The notes under the pieces are model-generated. The model ran no database searches. It saw only the letters and a list, made by a program, of their open reading frames with translations, and was not told the DNA's origin. From an uncultured delta proteobacterium (GTDB lineage: Bacteria; Myxococcota_A; Polyangia; Polyangiales; Polyangiaceae): a stretch of 64,000 nt of DNA. Position 1 is the first letter of the stretch. Each line of letters starts with the position of its first letter. The position numbers and the translations under genes were made by a program. Shown here one piece after another: positions 23,098-33,243 of this stretch. The stretch lies in contig CAWAIF010000003.1 of assembly GCA_963782055.1 (NCBI GenBank), forward strand, positions 3,008,001 through 3,072,000, read 5' to 3'.

Positions 23098-23865
23098 ATG
23101 AAATCTCGCTTCTTTCCCAGGCTTCCCCCCACCGCGCGCACACTCGGACTGTGTCTGTGCGCGGCTGGCCTGGCAGCCGCCGCCGCGTGCAGCGGCGGTG
23201 GGGACCAGACGGGGGCAGACCAGCCCAAGATTCCCAGCGCGGTGGACGACACCATCAAGCACGAGAGCTGCGACGAGTCCTCCGGTCGGGTGGAGTCCCT
23301 GGACACCAACAACGACGGCAAGCCGGACATCAAGCGCGTCTACAACAAGAGCACCGGGCGCGAGGTGTGCCGCATCGTCGACCTGGATCACGACGGCAAG
23401 CCGGACATGTTCGAGTACTACGACCCGAGCGGGCAGCTTCGCCGCCGGGAGGCCGCCTACGACCCCACCGGCGCCATCACGATGGTGGAGGGCTACCAGG
23501 GCGGCAAGCTGGTCTCGCGCGAGCTCGATACCAGCGGGGACCACCGCATCGACACCTGGGACACCTTCGACCCGGCGAGCGGCCAGCGCACCAAGCGCGT
23601 GCGCGATACCAACGCCGACGGCAAGATCGACCAGTGGTGGACGTGGAACGGCACGCAGCTCTCCATCGCCATCGACAAGGACGGCGACGGCAAGCCGGAC
23701 CCGGAGGCGACAATCACCTCCGGCGGCCCGCCGCCCGGCACCCCGGACGCGGGGGCCAAGGCCTCGACGGACGCCGGCGGACCTCCTCCGCCCCCGCCCC
23801 CGCCCGTGCTGATGCCCACCGACGACGCCGGTCCGGATGCTGCGGACGCGGGAGGTAAGTCATGA
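23098..23865 (+). CDS. Lipoprotein with repeated D-x-[N/D]-x-D-G (EF-hand-like/Ca-binding) loops
   Basis: AAAC lipobox; DTNNDGKPD, DLDHDGKPD, DTNADGKID, DKDGDGKPD. Confidence 0.8.
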   Translation: MKSRFFPRLPPTARTLGLCLCAAGLAAAAACSGGGDQTGADQPKIPSAVDDTIKHESCDESSGRVESLDTNNDGKPDIKRVYNKSTGREVCRIVDLDHDGKPDMFEYYDPSGQLRRREAAYDPTGAITMVEGYQGGKLVSRELDTSGDHRIDTWDTFDPASGQRTKRVRDTNADGKIDQWWTWNGTQLSIAIDKDGDGKPDPEATITSGGPPPGTPDAGAKASTDAGGPPPPPPPPVLMPTDDAGPDAADAGGKS

Positions 23866-24626
23866 GGCGGCTCGTGCTGGGTCTCGGGGCGTTCGGAGTG
23901 CTCGCGGTGGTCGGCTTCGCCTGTGGAGGGGCCGCCACGCCGCCTCCGGTGACGGCGAAGACCGCCCCGGGCGGCACCAAGGATCAGGCCAACTGGCCGG
24001 ACGACGACAAGTCCATGTGCGGCTGGCGCAACCACCCCGAGCTGGAGGTCAGCGAGACGGCCGGCCCGGGCGCCATCCGCCCCAACATCCGCCGCGTCTA
24101 CAAGACGGTGGGGGAGGGCGACAGCCGCCGGCAGACCCTCGTCTGCCGGGAGGTGGACACCAACCTGGACGGCATCAAGGACGTCATGCGCACCTTCAAC
24201 GCGAAGGGCGAGCCGGTGAAGGAGGAGTCCGACACCAACTACGACGGAAAGATCGACGTCTGGACGTCCTTCGACCACGGCCGGGTGGTGGAGGAGAACA
24301 TCGACACCAACAAGGACGGGCGGCCGGACGTGTGGAAGGTGTACGTCGACGGCAAGCTCTCGCGCGTGAAGCGCGACCGCGACTTCAACGGCAAGCCCGA
24401 CGTGTGGGAGATCTACACCAAGGGCCGCCTGGAGCGCATGGGCATGGACGAGACGGGCGACGGCCACGTCAATCGCTGGGACCGTGACGGCATCCTGCTC
24501 AAGCAGCAGGAGGCCGAGGAGGAGAAGGCGGACGAGGACGGCGGCACCGACGGCGGCGACACGGGCGACGCCGGGGACGCCGGGGACGCGGGCCCGAAGG
24601 GCAAGCGGCAGGAGAGCCGGGAGTAG
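23862..24626 (+). CDS. Paralogous lipoprotein with D-x-N-x-D-G repeats
   Basis: ATGA overlap; GFAC lipobox; DTNLDGIKD, DTNYDGKID, DTNKDGRPD, DRDFNGKPD. Confidence 0.82.
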   Translation: MRRLVLGLGAFGVLAVVGFACGGAATPPPVTAKTAPGGTKDQANWPDDDKSMCGWRNHPELEVSETAGPGAIRPNIRRVYKTVGEGDSRRQTLVCREVDTNLDGIKDVMRTFNAKGEPVKEESDTNYDGKIDVWTSFDHGRVVEENIDTNKDGRPDVWKVYVDGKLSRVKRDRDFNGKPDVWEIYTKGRLERMGMDETGDGHVNRWDRDGILLKQQEAEEEKADEDGGTDGGDTGDAGDAGDAGPKGKRQESRE

Positions 24627-24669
24627 GCCTCACCCCCCGGCCCCCTCCCCCTACGAGGGAGAGGGGGAG
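24627..24669. repeat. REP-like palindromic element, second copy
   Basis: GCCTCACCCCCCGGCCCCCTCCCCCTACGAGGGAGAGGGGGAG directly after the stop codon; matches the 8883 copy. Confidence 0.7.
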
Positions 24670-24704
24670 GAGAGGGCGACCGCTAGCTTGCTTGCGGTGG
24701 GGAG

Positions 24705-25058
24705 CTAGGGATCGGTCGTGCCTTTGCGGCCGTAGGCGTCTTCCAGGCGGACGACGTCGTCCAGCTCTGGCGTGGAGGTCTCCAGGACGTCGACATCGGT
24801 GACGGCGATCATGCGGTGCACGGTGCGCGGGGTGCAGTGATACGCGTCTCCCGCGCGCATGCGCTGCGCGCGGGTGCCCGGCCCCTCCCCGAGCTCGAGG
24901 TCCATCTCGCCGGAGTACACGTAGAAGCTCTCGTCCTTCTTCTCGTGGTACTGGCGAGACAGCTTGTGCCCGGCCGCGATGTGGAGGATCTTGCCGACGT
25001 ACCTCTCGGTCTCGGCCCATACGATCTCGTAGCCCCAGGGCTTTTCGACGCGACGCAT
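24705..25058 (-). CDS. Cupin-domain protein (resembles the mannose-6-phosphate isomerase type II C-terminal domain)
   Basis: MRRVEKPWGYEIVWA, LSRQYHEKKDES, VHRMIA, STPELDDVVRLEDAYGR. Confidence 0.88.
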   Translation of the reverse strand: MRRVEKPWGYEIVWAETERYVGKILHIAAGHKLSRQYHEKKDESFYVYSGEMDLELGEGPGTRAQRMRAGDAYHCTPRTVHRMIAVTDVDVLETSTPELDDVVRLEDAYGRKGTTDP

Positions 25059-26631
25059 GAAGTCAACGAAGCATACAACGGGCCAAGGGGAGCGATTGCA
25101 GAAGATCCTGGCGCGGGGCGGGATCGCGTCGCGCCGCCACGCCGAGGAGCTCATCGCCGCCGGGCGCGTGCGCGTCAACGGCAAGGTGGTGCGCGAGCCG
25201 GGCACGCGAGCGGACCCGCGTCGCGACAAGGTGGAGGTGGACGGCAAGCGGGTGGTCGCCGAGGCGCCGGTCTACGTGGTGCTGAACAAGGCGCGCGGGG
25301 TGGTGACGACGGCGCGCGATCCGCAGGGCCGCCCGACAGTGGCGGAGTCTCTCACCGGGGCCGGAGCGCGCGTCTACCCCGTCGGCCGGCTGGACTTCGC
25401 CACCAGCGGCGTGCTGCTGGCCACCAACGACGGCGATTTCTCCAACGGTCTGCTGCACCCGCGGAAGTCGGTACCCAAGACCTACGTCGTCAAGGTGGCC
25501 GGCCACATGGAGGACCGCGATCTGGAGCGCTGGCGCACGGGGGTGATGCTGGAGGACGGCAAGACCCTGCCCGCGGACGTGTCCTTGATCCGCTACGAGA
25601 AGGGGGAGCCCTCCGCCGGACGGGAGAGCGCGCGGGACAAGACGTGGCTGGAGCTCACCATCCGTGAGGGGCGCAACCAGCAGATCCGGCGCATGGGGGA
25701 CGCGACGGGGTTCCCGGTGATGCGGCTGTCGCGCACCTCGTTCGCCGGGATCGACGCCGCGGGGCTGCGCCCCGGGGCGTGGCGATACTTGACGCGTCAA
25801 GAGCTGGTGGAGCTGAAGAAGGTCTACGGGGTGCCCGGCTCGGTGCCTGCCGTGCCCGCGCCGCCGGCGCGCGGTCGGAAGGGGATGGTGCCTCCTCGCA
25901 AGGGAGCGACGGCGGGGGAGCGTGGGGGAGCGCGTGCGGGGGAGCGGGAGCGTGCGGGGGAGCGGGAGCGTGGGGGAGCGCGTGCGGGGGAGCGGGAGCG
26001 TGGGGGAGCGCGAGGGCGAGAGCGTGCGGGGGAGCGGGAGCGTGGGGGAGCGCGTGCGGGGGAGCGTGCGGGAGCGCGTGCGGGGGAGCGTGGGGGAGCG
26101 CGTGCGGGGGAGCGTGGGGGAGCGCGTGCGGGGGAGCGTGGGGGAGCGCGTGCGGGGGAGCGTGGGGGAGCGCGTGCGGGGGAGCGTGGGGGAGCGCGTG
26201 CGGGGGAGCGTGGGGGAGCGCGTGCGGGGGAGCGTGGGGGAGCGCGTGCGGGGGAGCGTGGGGGAGCGCGTGCGGGGGAGCGTGGGGGAGCGCGCGTGGA
26301 GGAGCGGGCGGGGGTGAAGGCGGGGCGGGGCGGACACGATCGCCACGAGGGATGGCGCCGCCGCCAGGCGGAGGGGGACGCCGGCGGCGATCAGACGCCG
26401 CGCTACGGCATGGGCGCGCCGGGCCGTCGCGGCTACGACGTGCGGCAGGATTACGGCGGCGGCACCGGCCGCGGGTCGAGCGGGACGCGTGAGGAGGGCG
26501 GCGGTTCGCGCGGCCCAACCGGCCGCGCGCGCGCGACGCGCACCACCGGCACCGGCGGCGGGGCCGGCGCCGGAGAAGGCAGCTACCGCATGCGCGGCGG
26601 CCGCGGCCGTGGCGGGCGTCACGGCAGGTAG
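25057..26631 (+). CDS. rluB: rRNA pseudouridine synthase (RsuA/RluB family) with a long repetitive R/G-rich C-terminal tail; start could instead be TTG 25096
   Basis: ERLQKILARGGIASRR (S4 domain), YPVGRLDFATSG (catalytic Asp), EGRNQQIRRM. Confidence 0.88.
   Translation: MKSTKHTTGQGERLQKILARGGIASRRHAEELIAAGRVRVNGKVVREPGTRADPRRDKVEVDGKRVVAEAPVYVVLNKARGVVTTARDPQGRPTVAESLTGAGARVYPVGRLDFATSGVLLATNDGDFSNGLLHPRKSVPKTYVVKVAGHMEDRDLERWRTGVMLEDGKTLPADVSLIRYEKGEPSAGRESARDKTWLELTIREGRNQQIRRMGDATGFPVMRLSRTSFAGIDAAGLRPGAWRYLTRQELVELKKVYGVPGSVPAVPAPPARGRKGMVPPRKGATAGERGGARAGERERAGERERGGARAGERERGGARGRERAGERERGGARAGERAGARAGERGGARAGERGGARAGERGGARAGERGGARAGERGGARAGERGGARAGERGGARAGERGGARAGERGGARVEERAGVKAGRGGHDRHEGWRRRQAEGDAGGDQTPRYGMGAPGRRGYDVRQDYGGGTGRGSSGTREEGGGSRGPTGRARATRTTGTGGGAGAGEGSYRMRGGRGRGGRHGR
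25912..26295 (+). repeat. 24-bp coding tandem repeat (GCGGGGGAGCGTGGGGGAGCGCGT = AGERGGAR)
   Basis: Nine contiguous, essentially perfect units at 26080-26295, preceded by degenerate units from 25912. Confidence 0.95.
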
Positions 26632-29600
26632 GGCGTCGCGTCGTACTCCGACTTCGCGGCGGGGCGCGGCTTCTTCGCCATGGGGTCGTCCATCGTCGCG
26701 GGAAGCGACCAGTCGTTCCGGAAGAAGCCGGCCGCCTGCACCTGCCCGGCCGACAGGAGCATCTGCCCGCGGGCCGGGGCGACGCGCTGGTCGTAGACGA
26801 CGAAGTCGGGCAGCAGGTTGGGCAGGGAGAGCGACCGCCAGGTGCCCAGCGCGCCTGTGCCCTCCACCACCACCAGGTAGCGGTCGGGGCGCCTCGGGTT
26901 GGGACGCACGAAGGCGGTGCCGAGCTGGTCGCCGGTGAAGCGCCGGGTGCCGACGACGACCGCGTCGCCCTCCACCTTGATCGGCAGCTCCGGCTCGAGC
27001 GCACGCACCAGGCTGTTGGAGCGCGCGTTGCCCACCAGGAACAAGGCGTGGTCGCCGTCCAGCGTGTAGCCGCGCGAGGCGAACTCGGTGTCGCTCACCA
27101 CCGGGTAGTCGACGGTCATGCCGTGGCGGATGGCGGCGAAGCGGCGGGCGACCTCCTCGTTGGCGCGCGCCTGCGCCGGGTCGGAGGCGCCGTAGACGAA
27201 AAGGAGCGGCTGGTGGAAGGCGTCGCGGATGGGGCCGGTGATCTCGCCGCGCTTGTAGGGGCCCTGGTGCAACGCCGGCCCCGGCTTCCACTTCGTACCC
27301 TCACGGTGCATCACGACCGGGCCGCCCGCGGGGAAGGTGAGCTTCTGGCCGTCGGCGGTGACGGTGAGCGGCTCGCCGGGGTCCACCAGCTTCGCGTCCT
27401 CGTCCAGCCGCAGCTCCGCCACGCCGGTGGTGGTGGCGCGCAGGGCGTGGCGGCCGAGCACGCGCGCGTCCACCTGACCCCAGGCGTCCGGCCTCGCCAG
27501 CTCGGTCACGTGCACCCAGTAGCTCGTGCCGTTGCGCGGGCGGATGGTGCGGAAGCGCACGCGGGCGGGGTGCGGATCGCGCACGTGCTGGAGCAGCCAC
27601 TTGGCGCCCTTGAAGTCGGCGTAGGTGGTGCGCCACACGTTGTGACCGAGGTCGGGGTGCTCGTCGATGATGGAGTAGTGGAGCTTGTGGTACTCGTCGA
27701 TGAGCACGCCGCTGTTGGTCTGCGGCCAGTCCTTCTTGCCCTGCACCACGTACAGCGGGATCCCCCAGCCGTTGTAGGCCCACTCCGAGTTGGAGCGCTC
27801 GGCGGCCACCACGTGCTCCCACGGGCGGATGGGGCGGCCGATGAAATCGCGCCGGACGAAGTAGCTGTGGTAGCCGCACAGGGGCTCGGCGGCGGCGAAG
27901 CGGTCGGGGTAGCGGAAGGGGATCGCCGCGGCGCCGATGCCGCCCATGGAGGCGCCGGTCATGGTGACGCGGTCGGGATCGATGGGGTAGCGCGCCATCA
28001 CGCGGTCCATGACGCGCACCACGTCGTCCTCGCCCAGATCGCGGTACATGGAGTTGCCGTACGCGGTGGGCGAGACGACGAAGGCGTCCAGCTCGGGCAG
28101 GCTCTCGACGTGGCGGTCTTCCCACGCGGAGGGCTTGCCCGCCACGTCGCCGCCGAAGAACCACCGCAGCATGGCCATCCCCTTGCCGTTGAGGCCGTGG
28201 AGGGTGACGACGAGCGGGTAGCGACGGGAGGTGCCCGGCTTGTACGAGGGCGGGACGTAAAGGGCGTACTCGGAGAGCCCCCCGTCGGTCGGGGAGCGGT
28301 AGGCCATCCGCAGGGGGCCGGTGCGGTCGACGAAGGGGTCGTGGCCCTTCTTCAGCATGCTCGCGTCGGAGAGCAGCTCCCGCGCCTCGAGGAGGGTGGC
28401 GCCCAGGTCCGGATCGCCCCGGTCGACGAAGTGCACGATGCGGTCGCGTGTATTCTGCACGCTCTCCAGGGTGTCCTGCCCGAGCCACGCCGGGGGCGCC
28501 TTGCGCAGCTCGCGCAGGGCCTCGTCGGCGCGCTGGACGGCGACGCGGAAGAAGCTGCGGGTGTAGAGGTGGGCCTCCACGTCGCGGCCGGCGACCTGCA
28601 CCTTGAAGTCGCTCGCGTGGTGCTCGACCTCGAGCAGATCCTTGCCGGAGAGGCGGGGGAGGGCGACGACCAGCTCGCTCGCGGCGCGCGGCACCTCCCC
28701 GGCGTCCACGTCGAAGAGGGTGGACTTGCCGGACTCCAGCCGCGCCCGCACGCGCAGCGGGACGCCGAGTGGCAACCCCTCCGGGAAGCGGACGCGCAGG
28801 CGGGGGGCGTAGCCGGTGTCGGTCATGCCGCGATCGACGGAGACCCACGACATCTCGGCGGCGAGGGCCCGGGCGAGATCGGGGCCCGCGCCGGGCAGCG
28901 AGAGGTACTCGCCGGGCGGGGGATCGAGGCTCGTCGTCTCCAGGATGCGGAGACGGAAGCTCCACGCGCCGTCGCGCTGGTGCAGCTTCAGGCGCACCGG
29001 GTGGTCGCCGGCGGCGAGGTCCAGCGGGATCGTGTCGTCGTCGTCGCGCTGCGGGCGGGCCTCCTCGCGCGTGAGCACCACCTTGCCGTCGACGGTCACC
29101 CGCACGCCGTCGTCGGAGCCGAGGAGCAGGTAGACCTTGGCCGCGCGGGCCAGGTGGAGCGTCCCGGCGGCGTAGGCGACGAGATCCTTGTCTCTGGGGG
29201 AGGTGGACCTCCTGCTGCGGCGCGGGGGCGGGGGGGCGCCGTCGGGCAGGACGCCGCCGTGCTCCAGCGCGTGCCTGACGTCGATGGCGCCCTCGCCGCT
29301 CGCCGCCAGGATCCAGTGTGGGGTGTCGTCGCCGCGCTGCGTGGGGCCGGCGGCGCCGAGGGAGGGCGTCAGCGCGGCCTCGTCGACGTCCGGTGGTGGC
29401 GTGGCGAGGGCGCTGGGCGCGTGGTGGCGGACGCCGTGCGACGCCGAGCGGTACGGCCCGAGCAGCAGCCACGCGCCCAGGTGTCCGTCAGCGGAGGGCC
29501 CGATCCGGACGGCGGGCGGGGTGGGGACCGCGGGCGGTGTGGCCGGCGTCGCCGCCGGGGTGTCCGCCGCGCTCAGCCCGGGGATCAGCGCCAGGGCCAG

Positions 29601-29642
29601 GAGGCCGCACGCGGCGGCCCTGACGGCGCCCGTCGCCCTCAC
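26619..29642 (-). CDS. Large secreted alpha/beta-hydrolase (esterase/S9-like) with an N-terminal beta-sandwich (PA14-like) region
   Basis: Signal peptide; LGSDDGVRVTVDG; YPLVVTLHG; DPDRVTMTGASMGG nucleophile elbow; GKKD; HPDLGHNVW. Confidence 0.82.
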   Translation of the reverse strand: MRATGAVRAAACGLLALALIPGLSAADTPAATPATPPAVPTPPAVRIGPSADGHLGAWLLLGPYRSASHGVRHHAPSALATPPPDVDEAALTPSLGAAGPTQRGDDTPHWILAASGEGAIDVRHALEHGGVLPDGAPPPPRRSRRSTSPRDKDLVAYAAGTLHLARAAKVYLLLGSDDGVRVTVDGKVVLTREEARPQRDDDDTIPLDLAAGDHPVRLKLHQRDGAWSFRLRILETTSLDPPPGEYLSLPGAGPDLARALAAEMSWVSVDRGMTDTGYAPRLRVRFPEGLPLGVPLRVRARLESGKSTLFDVDAGEVPRAASELVVALPRLSGKDLLEVEHHASDFKVQVAGRDVEAHLYTRSFFRVAVQRADEALRELRKAPPAWLGQDTLESVQNTRDRIVHFVDRGDPDLGATLLEARELLSDASMLKKGHDPFVDRTGPLRMAYRSPTDGGLSEYALYVPPSYKPGTSRRYPLVVTLHGLNGKGMAMLRWFFGGDVAGKPSAWEDRHVESLPELDAFVVSPTAYGNSMYRDLGEDDVVRVMDRVMARYPIDPDRVTMTGASMGGIGAAAIPFRYPDRFAAAEPLCGYHSYFVRRDFIGRPIRPWEHVVAAERSNSEWAYNGWGIPLYVVQGKKDWPQTNSGVLIDEYHKLHYSIIDEHPDLGHNVWRTTYADFKGAKWLLQHVRDPHPARVRFRTIRPRNGTSYWVHVTELARPDAWGQVDARVLGRHALRATTTGVAELRLDEDAKLVDPGEPLTVTADGQKLTFPAGGPVVMHREGTKWKPGPALHQGPYKRGEITGPIRDAFHQPLLFVYGASDPAQARANEEVARRFAAIRHGMTVDYPVVSDTEFASRGYTLDGDHALFLVGNARSNSLVRALEPELPIKVEGDAVVVGTRRFTGDQLGTAFVRPNPRRPDRYLVVVEGTGALGTWRSLSLPNLLPDFVVYDQRVAPARGQMLLSAGQVQAAGFFRNDWSLPATMDDPMAKKPRPAAKSEYDATPYLP

Positions 29643-29700
29643 GCCCCGACTTTCAGGCGAGGGTCCTCCTCCGGGCCAGCGACCGCGACCCGCATCTCCC

Positions 29701-30156
29701 TCAGCTCAGGTCCTGGGCCAGGGTGCGCGTCTCGTCCTGGAAGAGCACCTCCACCTTGTGCGGGTCGATCACGCGGGTGACGACGCCGTCGCCGAACTTG
29801 GTGTGCTTGACCAGATCGCCCACGTTGAAGATGCCGCGCACGTTGTACCGGACGAACTCGTTGAGGGCGCGGCCGTTGACCGCGCGCGCCCAGGACTGCT
29901 CGCGCTCCCGGCGCGCCTGCTCCACCCGCGTGAGGCTGTGCGCACGCGGCGAGGCGGAGCGCGTGGTGGTGCGGCCACCTGCCGTCGTCTTGGTGCCGGG
30001 CGCGCCCGGGCGGTAGTTGTGCTGCGAGCCGCACGTCTGGCACTCCACGCGCGCCGGCTTGGTGCCGACCATGGCGACGATGCGGTGAGTGAGAACGAGC
30101 CGGCACTTGGTGCACCAGCTATCGACATCACGGCCTGCGGACAGAGGCTTGGGCAC
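29701..30156 (-). CDS. Small protein with a Zn-ribbon and a Tudor-like C-terminal domain
   Basis: CTKC...CQTC...H and FNVGDLVKHTKFGDGVV...KVEVLF. Confidence 0.75.
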   Translation of the reverse strand: MPKPLSAGRDVDSWCTKCRLVLTHRIVAMVGTKPARVECQTCGSQHNYRPGAPGTKTTAGGRTTTRSASPRAHSLTRVEQARREREQSWARAVNGRALNEFVRYNVRGIFNVGDLVKHTKFGDGVVTRVIDPHKVEVLFQDETRTLAQDLS

Positions 30157-30630
30157 TCAGCTCTCCTTGTTCTTCTTGCGCTCGCGGCGTACGCCGCCGC
30201 CACGCCGGGTGAAGACGTCCATCTTCACCTCGGGCAGCTTTGTGGTGGGCTTCTCCCCCTCGCCTTCGGCGCCCTCGCCCTCGTCTTTGCCGTCGTTCGG
30301 CGTGAAGCGGATCGTCGTGTTGACCTCGAACTGCACCGTCGTGAGGATCTTCTGCATCTCCCCGGCGAAGTTGGTGTGCTCGAGGAAATCGCGCATCTCC
30401 TTCGCCACGACGCGGAAGAGGCCGTTCTTGGTCTCCTCCACCTGCGAAAAGATGTAGCCGGCCAGCTCCTTCGGGAGCTTCAGGTCCCCCACGAACTGCT
30501 TGATGGACTCCGGCGCCTCGGACGCCTTCTCGACGCCGAGTTCCACCGCGCGCTTGAGGATGTCGGGGATGACGCCCTCGAGCCGCCGGCGACGCCGCGG
30601 ATCGTGCTCTTTCTCGTCGTCCTCGTCCAT
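30157..30630 (-). CDS. Hypothetical protein
   Basis: Typical GC3-rich codon usage, RBS-like GAAGGA, stop abuts the next start. Confidence 0.75.
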   Translation of the reverse strand: MDEDDEKEHDPRRRRRLEGVIPDILKRAVELGVEKASEAPESIKQFVGDLKLPKELAGYIFSQVEETKNGLFRVVAKEMRDFLEHTNFAGEMQKILTTVQFEVNTTIRFTPNDGKDEGEGAEGEGEKPTTKLPEVKMDVFTRRGGGVRRERKKNKES

Positions 30631-30720
30631 CTCGCTGTCCTTCCAGACCCCCGTCTGGAGTAGCCGTCCCCAGGGCTCGGGTCAACGGCCGTACCGCAAC
30701 TGGTGTGCTACGGTGCGGGC

Positions 30721-31322
<602 letters not shown>

Positions 31323-31326
<4 letters not shown>

Positions 31327-32138
31327 GCGTCCTGAGAGTCGGGGTGGTGCAGGTGAACGCGCAGTCGGACGTGGCGCGCAACCTGGAGCGGGTGGCGGCG
31401 CTCGCCGGCGAGGCGGCCGCGCGCGGCGCCAAGCTCGTCGCGCTGCCGGAGAACTTCGCCTTCATGGGGGAGAGCGACGAGCAGAAGCGCGGCGCGGCCG
31501 AGGAGATCCCCGGGCGAGGTCCCATCTTCCAGGCCGTGTCCACGGCGGCGCGCGAGCTGCGCGTCCACGTCGTCGCCGGCGGCATGCCGGAGAGGAGCGA
31601 CGACCCGCAGCGCCCCTACAACACCTCGATCCTCTTCGGCCCGGACGGCGACGTCGTCGCGCGCTACCGCAAGATCCACCTCTTCGACGTGGACCTGCCC
31701 GACGGCACGCGCCTGATGGAATCGGCGGCGACGAAGGCGGGCACCGAGCCGTGCGTGACGAAGGTGGACGATGTCCCGCTGGGCATGACGGTCTGCTACG
31801 ACGTCCGCTTCCCCGAGCTCTACCGGCGTCTGGTGGACGGCGGGGCGCGCGTGGTGACGGTGCCCGCCGCCTTCACGCTGACGACGGGCAAGGATCACTG
31901 GCACGCCCTGCTGCGGGCCCGGGCGATCGAGGACCAGGTCTTCGTGCTCGCCCCCGCGCAGACGGGCAAGCACCCGCGCGGGCGCCAGACCTACGGCAAG
32001 AGCCTCATCGTCGACCCCTGGGGAGACGTGCTCGCGCAGTGCGGGGAAGGGGAGGGCGTCGCCGTCGCCGACCTGGACTTCGCCTACCAGGACAGGGTCC
32101 GCGCCGCGCTGCCGTCCTTGAAGCACCGCGTGCTGTAG
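31323..32138 (+). CDS. Carbon-nitrogen hydrolase (Nit1-like amidase)
   Basis: Glu-Lys-Cys triad: LPENF, YRKIHLFD, VCYDVRFPE; also ARAIEDQ and VDPWG. Confidence 0.92.
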
Positions 32139-32154
32139 ATGCGGCGGGGGCGGC

Positions 32155-33243
32155 TCAGTCCCAGTTGCTGGTGAGCCACATCGACCAGTCCTTCACCGTG
32201 CCGGTCTCGCCGGTCACCGTGTCGGTGACCTCCAGGGTCCAGGTGCCGTTGACCATGTTGTCGCCCTCGATCCCGGGCGGGTTGGTGATGGTGGTGGGCG
32301 GGTTGGCCTGGTGGTCCCAGAGCACGGCGTAGGCGCCGCCCGGCTGGTGGAGGCCGACGACGAGATCCTGCGGGCGCGGGTGGTCGATGTGGAGGGTGAC
32401 GACGACGTCCAGCGGTACGGTGGCCTGGCCGCTCACCAGGATGTCGCTGGTGACGGGCGTCCCGTCGTCCGGGATGGCGAGCGCGCCGCTCGACTGGAAG
32501 GTGCCCTGCATCCACGACTCCAGGCAGAAGCCCTCCGCCCAGAGCGTCAGGCCGCCGCAGAGGCCGCTCTGGCACTCCGCGCTGGCGGTGCACTGGTCGC
32601 CGGTCACCTTGGTGCCGCCGTGCGTCTTGGGGTACTCGCGCAGCTTGAGCATCGCCGAGTGGCCGACGTAGTAGAGGCCGGAGAGCTGGAGCACGCTGGC
32701 GATGGGCCGGGCGGCGAGGATGGAGTCCACGGCGCGGCTGTCGAGCCCTGCGTCGACGTCGAGCGTGTCGTGGGAGGCGGCGTTGACGAAGTCGAGCGTC
32801 GCGTTCGCCTCGTCCACGGTGAAGGCGACGCTGTCGTAGACGCCGAGCACGTCCCCGCCGCTCGGCACGTAGCCGTGCGCCTCGGCGTAGGCGAGCAGGG
32901 CGGACATCGCCGCCGGGCCCACCCACGGGACGTCGTCCACCTCCGTCATGTCGTCGAAGGGATCGTCGTCGCCGGTGCCGCGGACGCCATCGGCGCCGTC
33001 GCGGTGGGCGATCAGGTTCTGCGCCGCGCGCTTGTCGAGCGGGACGTCATCGTCCAGGACGGCGACCGTCGTCTCCTTGGCGTCCAGGAAGGCGAGCACG
33101 CCGACGGCCTCGGGCGTGCCGTCCTCGATGGCGCTCTGCCCGGTGCCCGTCTGCTCCGGAGGGCTGCCCGGAGTCACCGCGCAGCCCGCGGCGAAGAGGG
33201 CGGCGGTAACGAGGAGGCGGCCGGGGTGGCTCAGGTAGCTCAT
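32155..33243 (-). CDS. Lipoprotein with two helix-hairpin-helix (ComEA-like) repeats and a C-terminal proprotein-convertase P-domain
   Basis: AAGC lipobox; LDKRAAQNLIAHR...VPWVGPA and LDSRAVDSILAAR...LYYVGHSA; IDHPRPQDLVVGL...NGTWTLEVTD. Confidence 0.75.
   Translation of the reverse strand: MSYLSHPGRLLVTAALFAAGCAVTPGSPPEQTGTGQSAIEDGTPEAVGVLAFLDAKETTVAVLDDDVPLDKRAAQNLIAHRDGADGVRGTGDDDPFDDMTEVDDVPWVGPAAMSALLAYAEAHGYVPSGGDVLGVYDSVAFTVDEANATLDFVNAASHDTLDVDAGLDSRAVDSILAARPIASVLQLSGLYYVGHSAMLKLREYPKTHGGTKVTGDQCTASAECQSGLCGGLTLWAEGFCLESWMQGTFQSSGALAIPDDGTPVTSDILVSGQATVPLDVVVTLHIDHPRPQDLVVGLHQPGGAYAVLWDHQANPPTTITNPPGIEGDNMVNGTWTLEVTDTVTGETGTVKDWSMWLTSNWD

Noticed and set aside
25912..26295. Possible CRISPR array
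   Set aside because: Units are contiguous with no unique spacers, in frame within rluB, and no cas genes are present.
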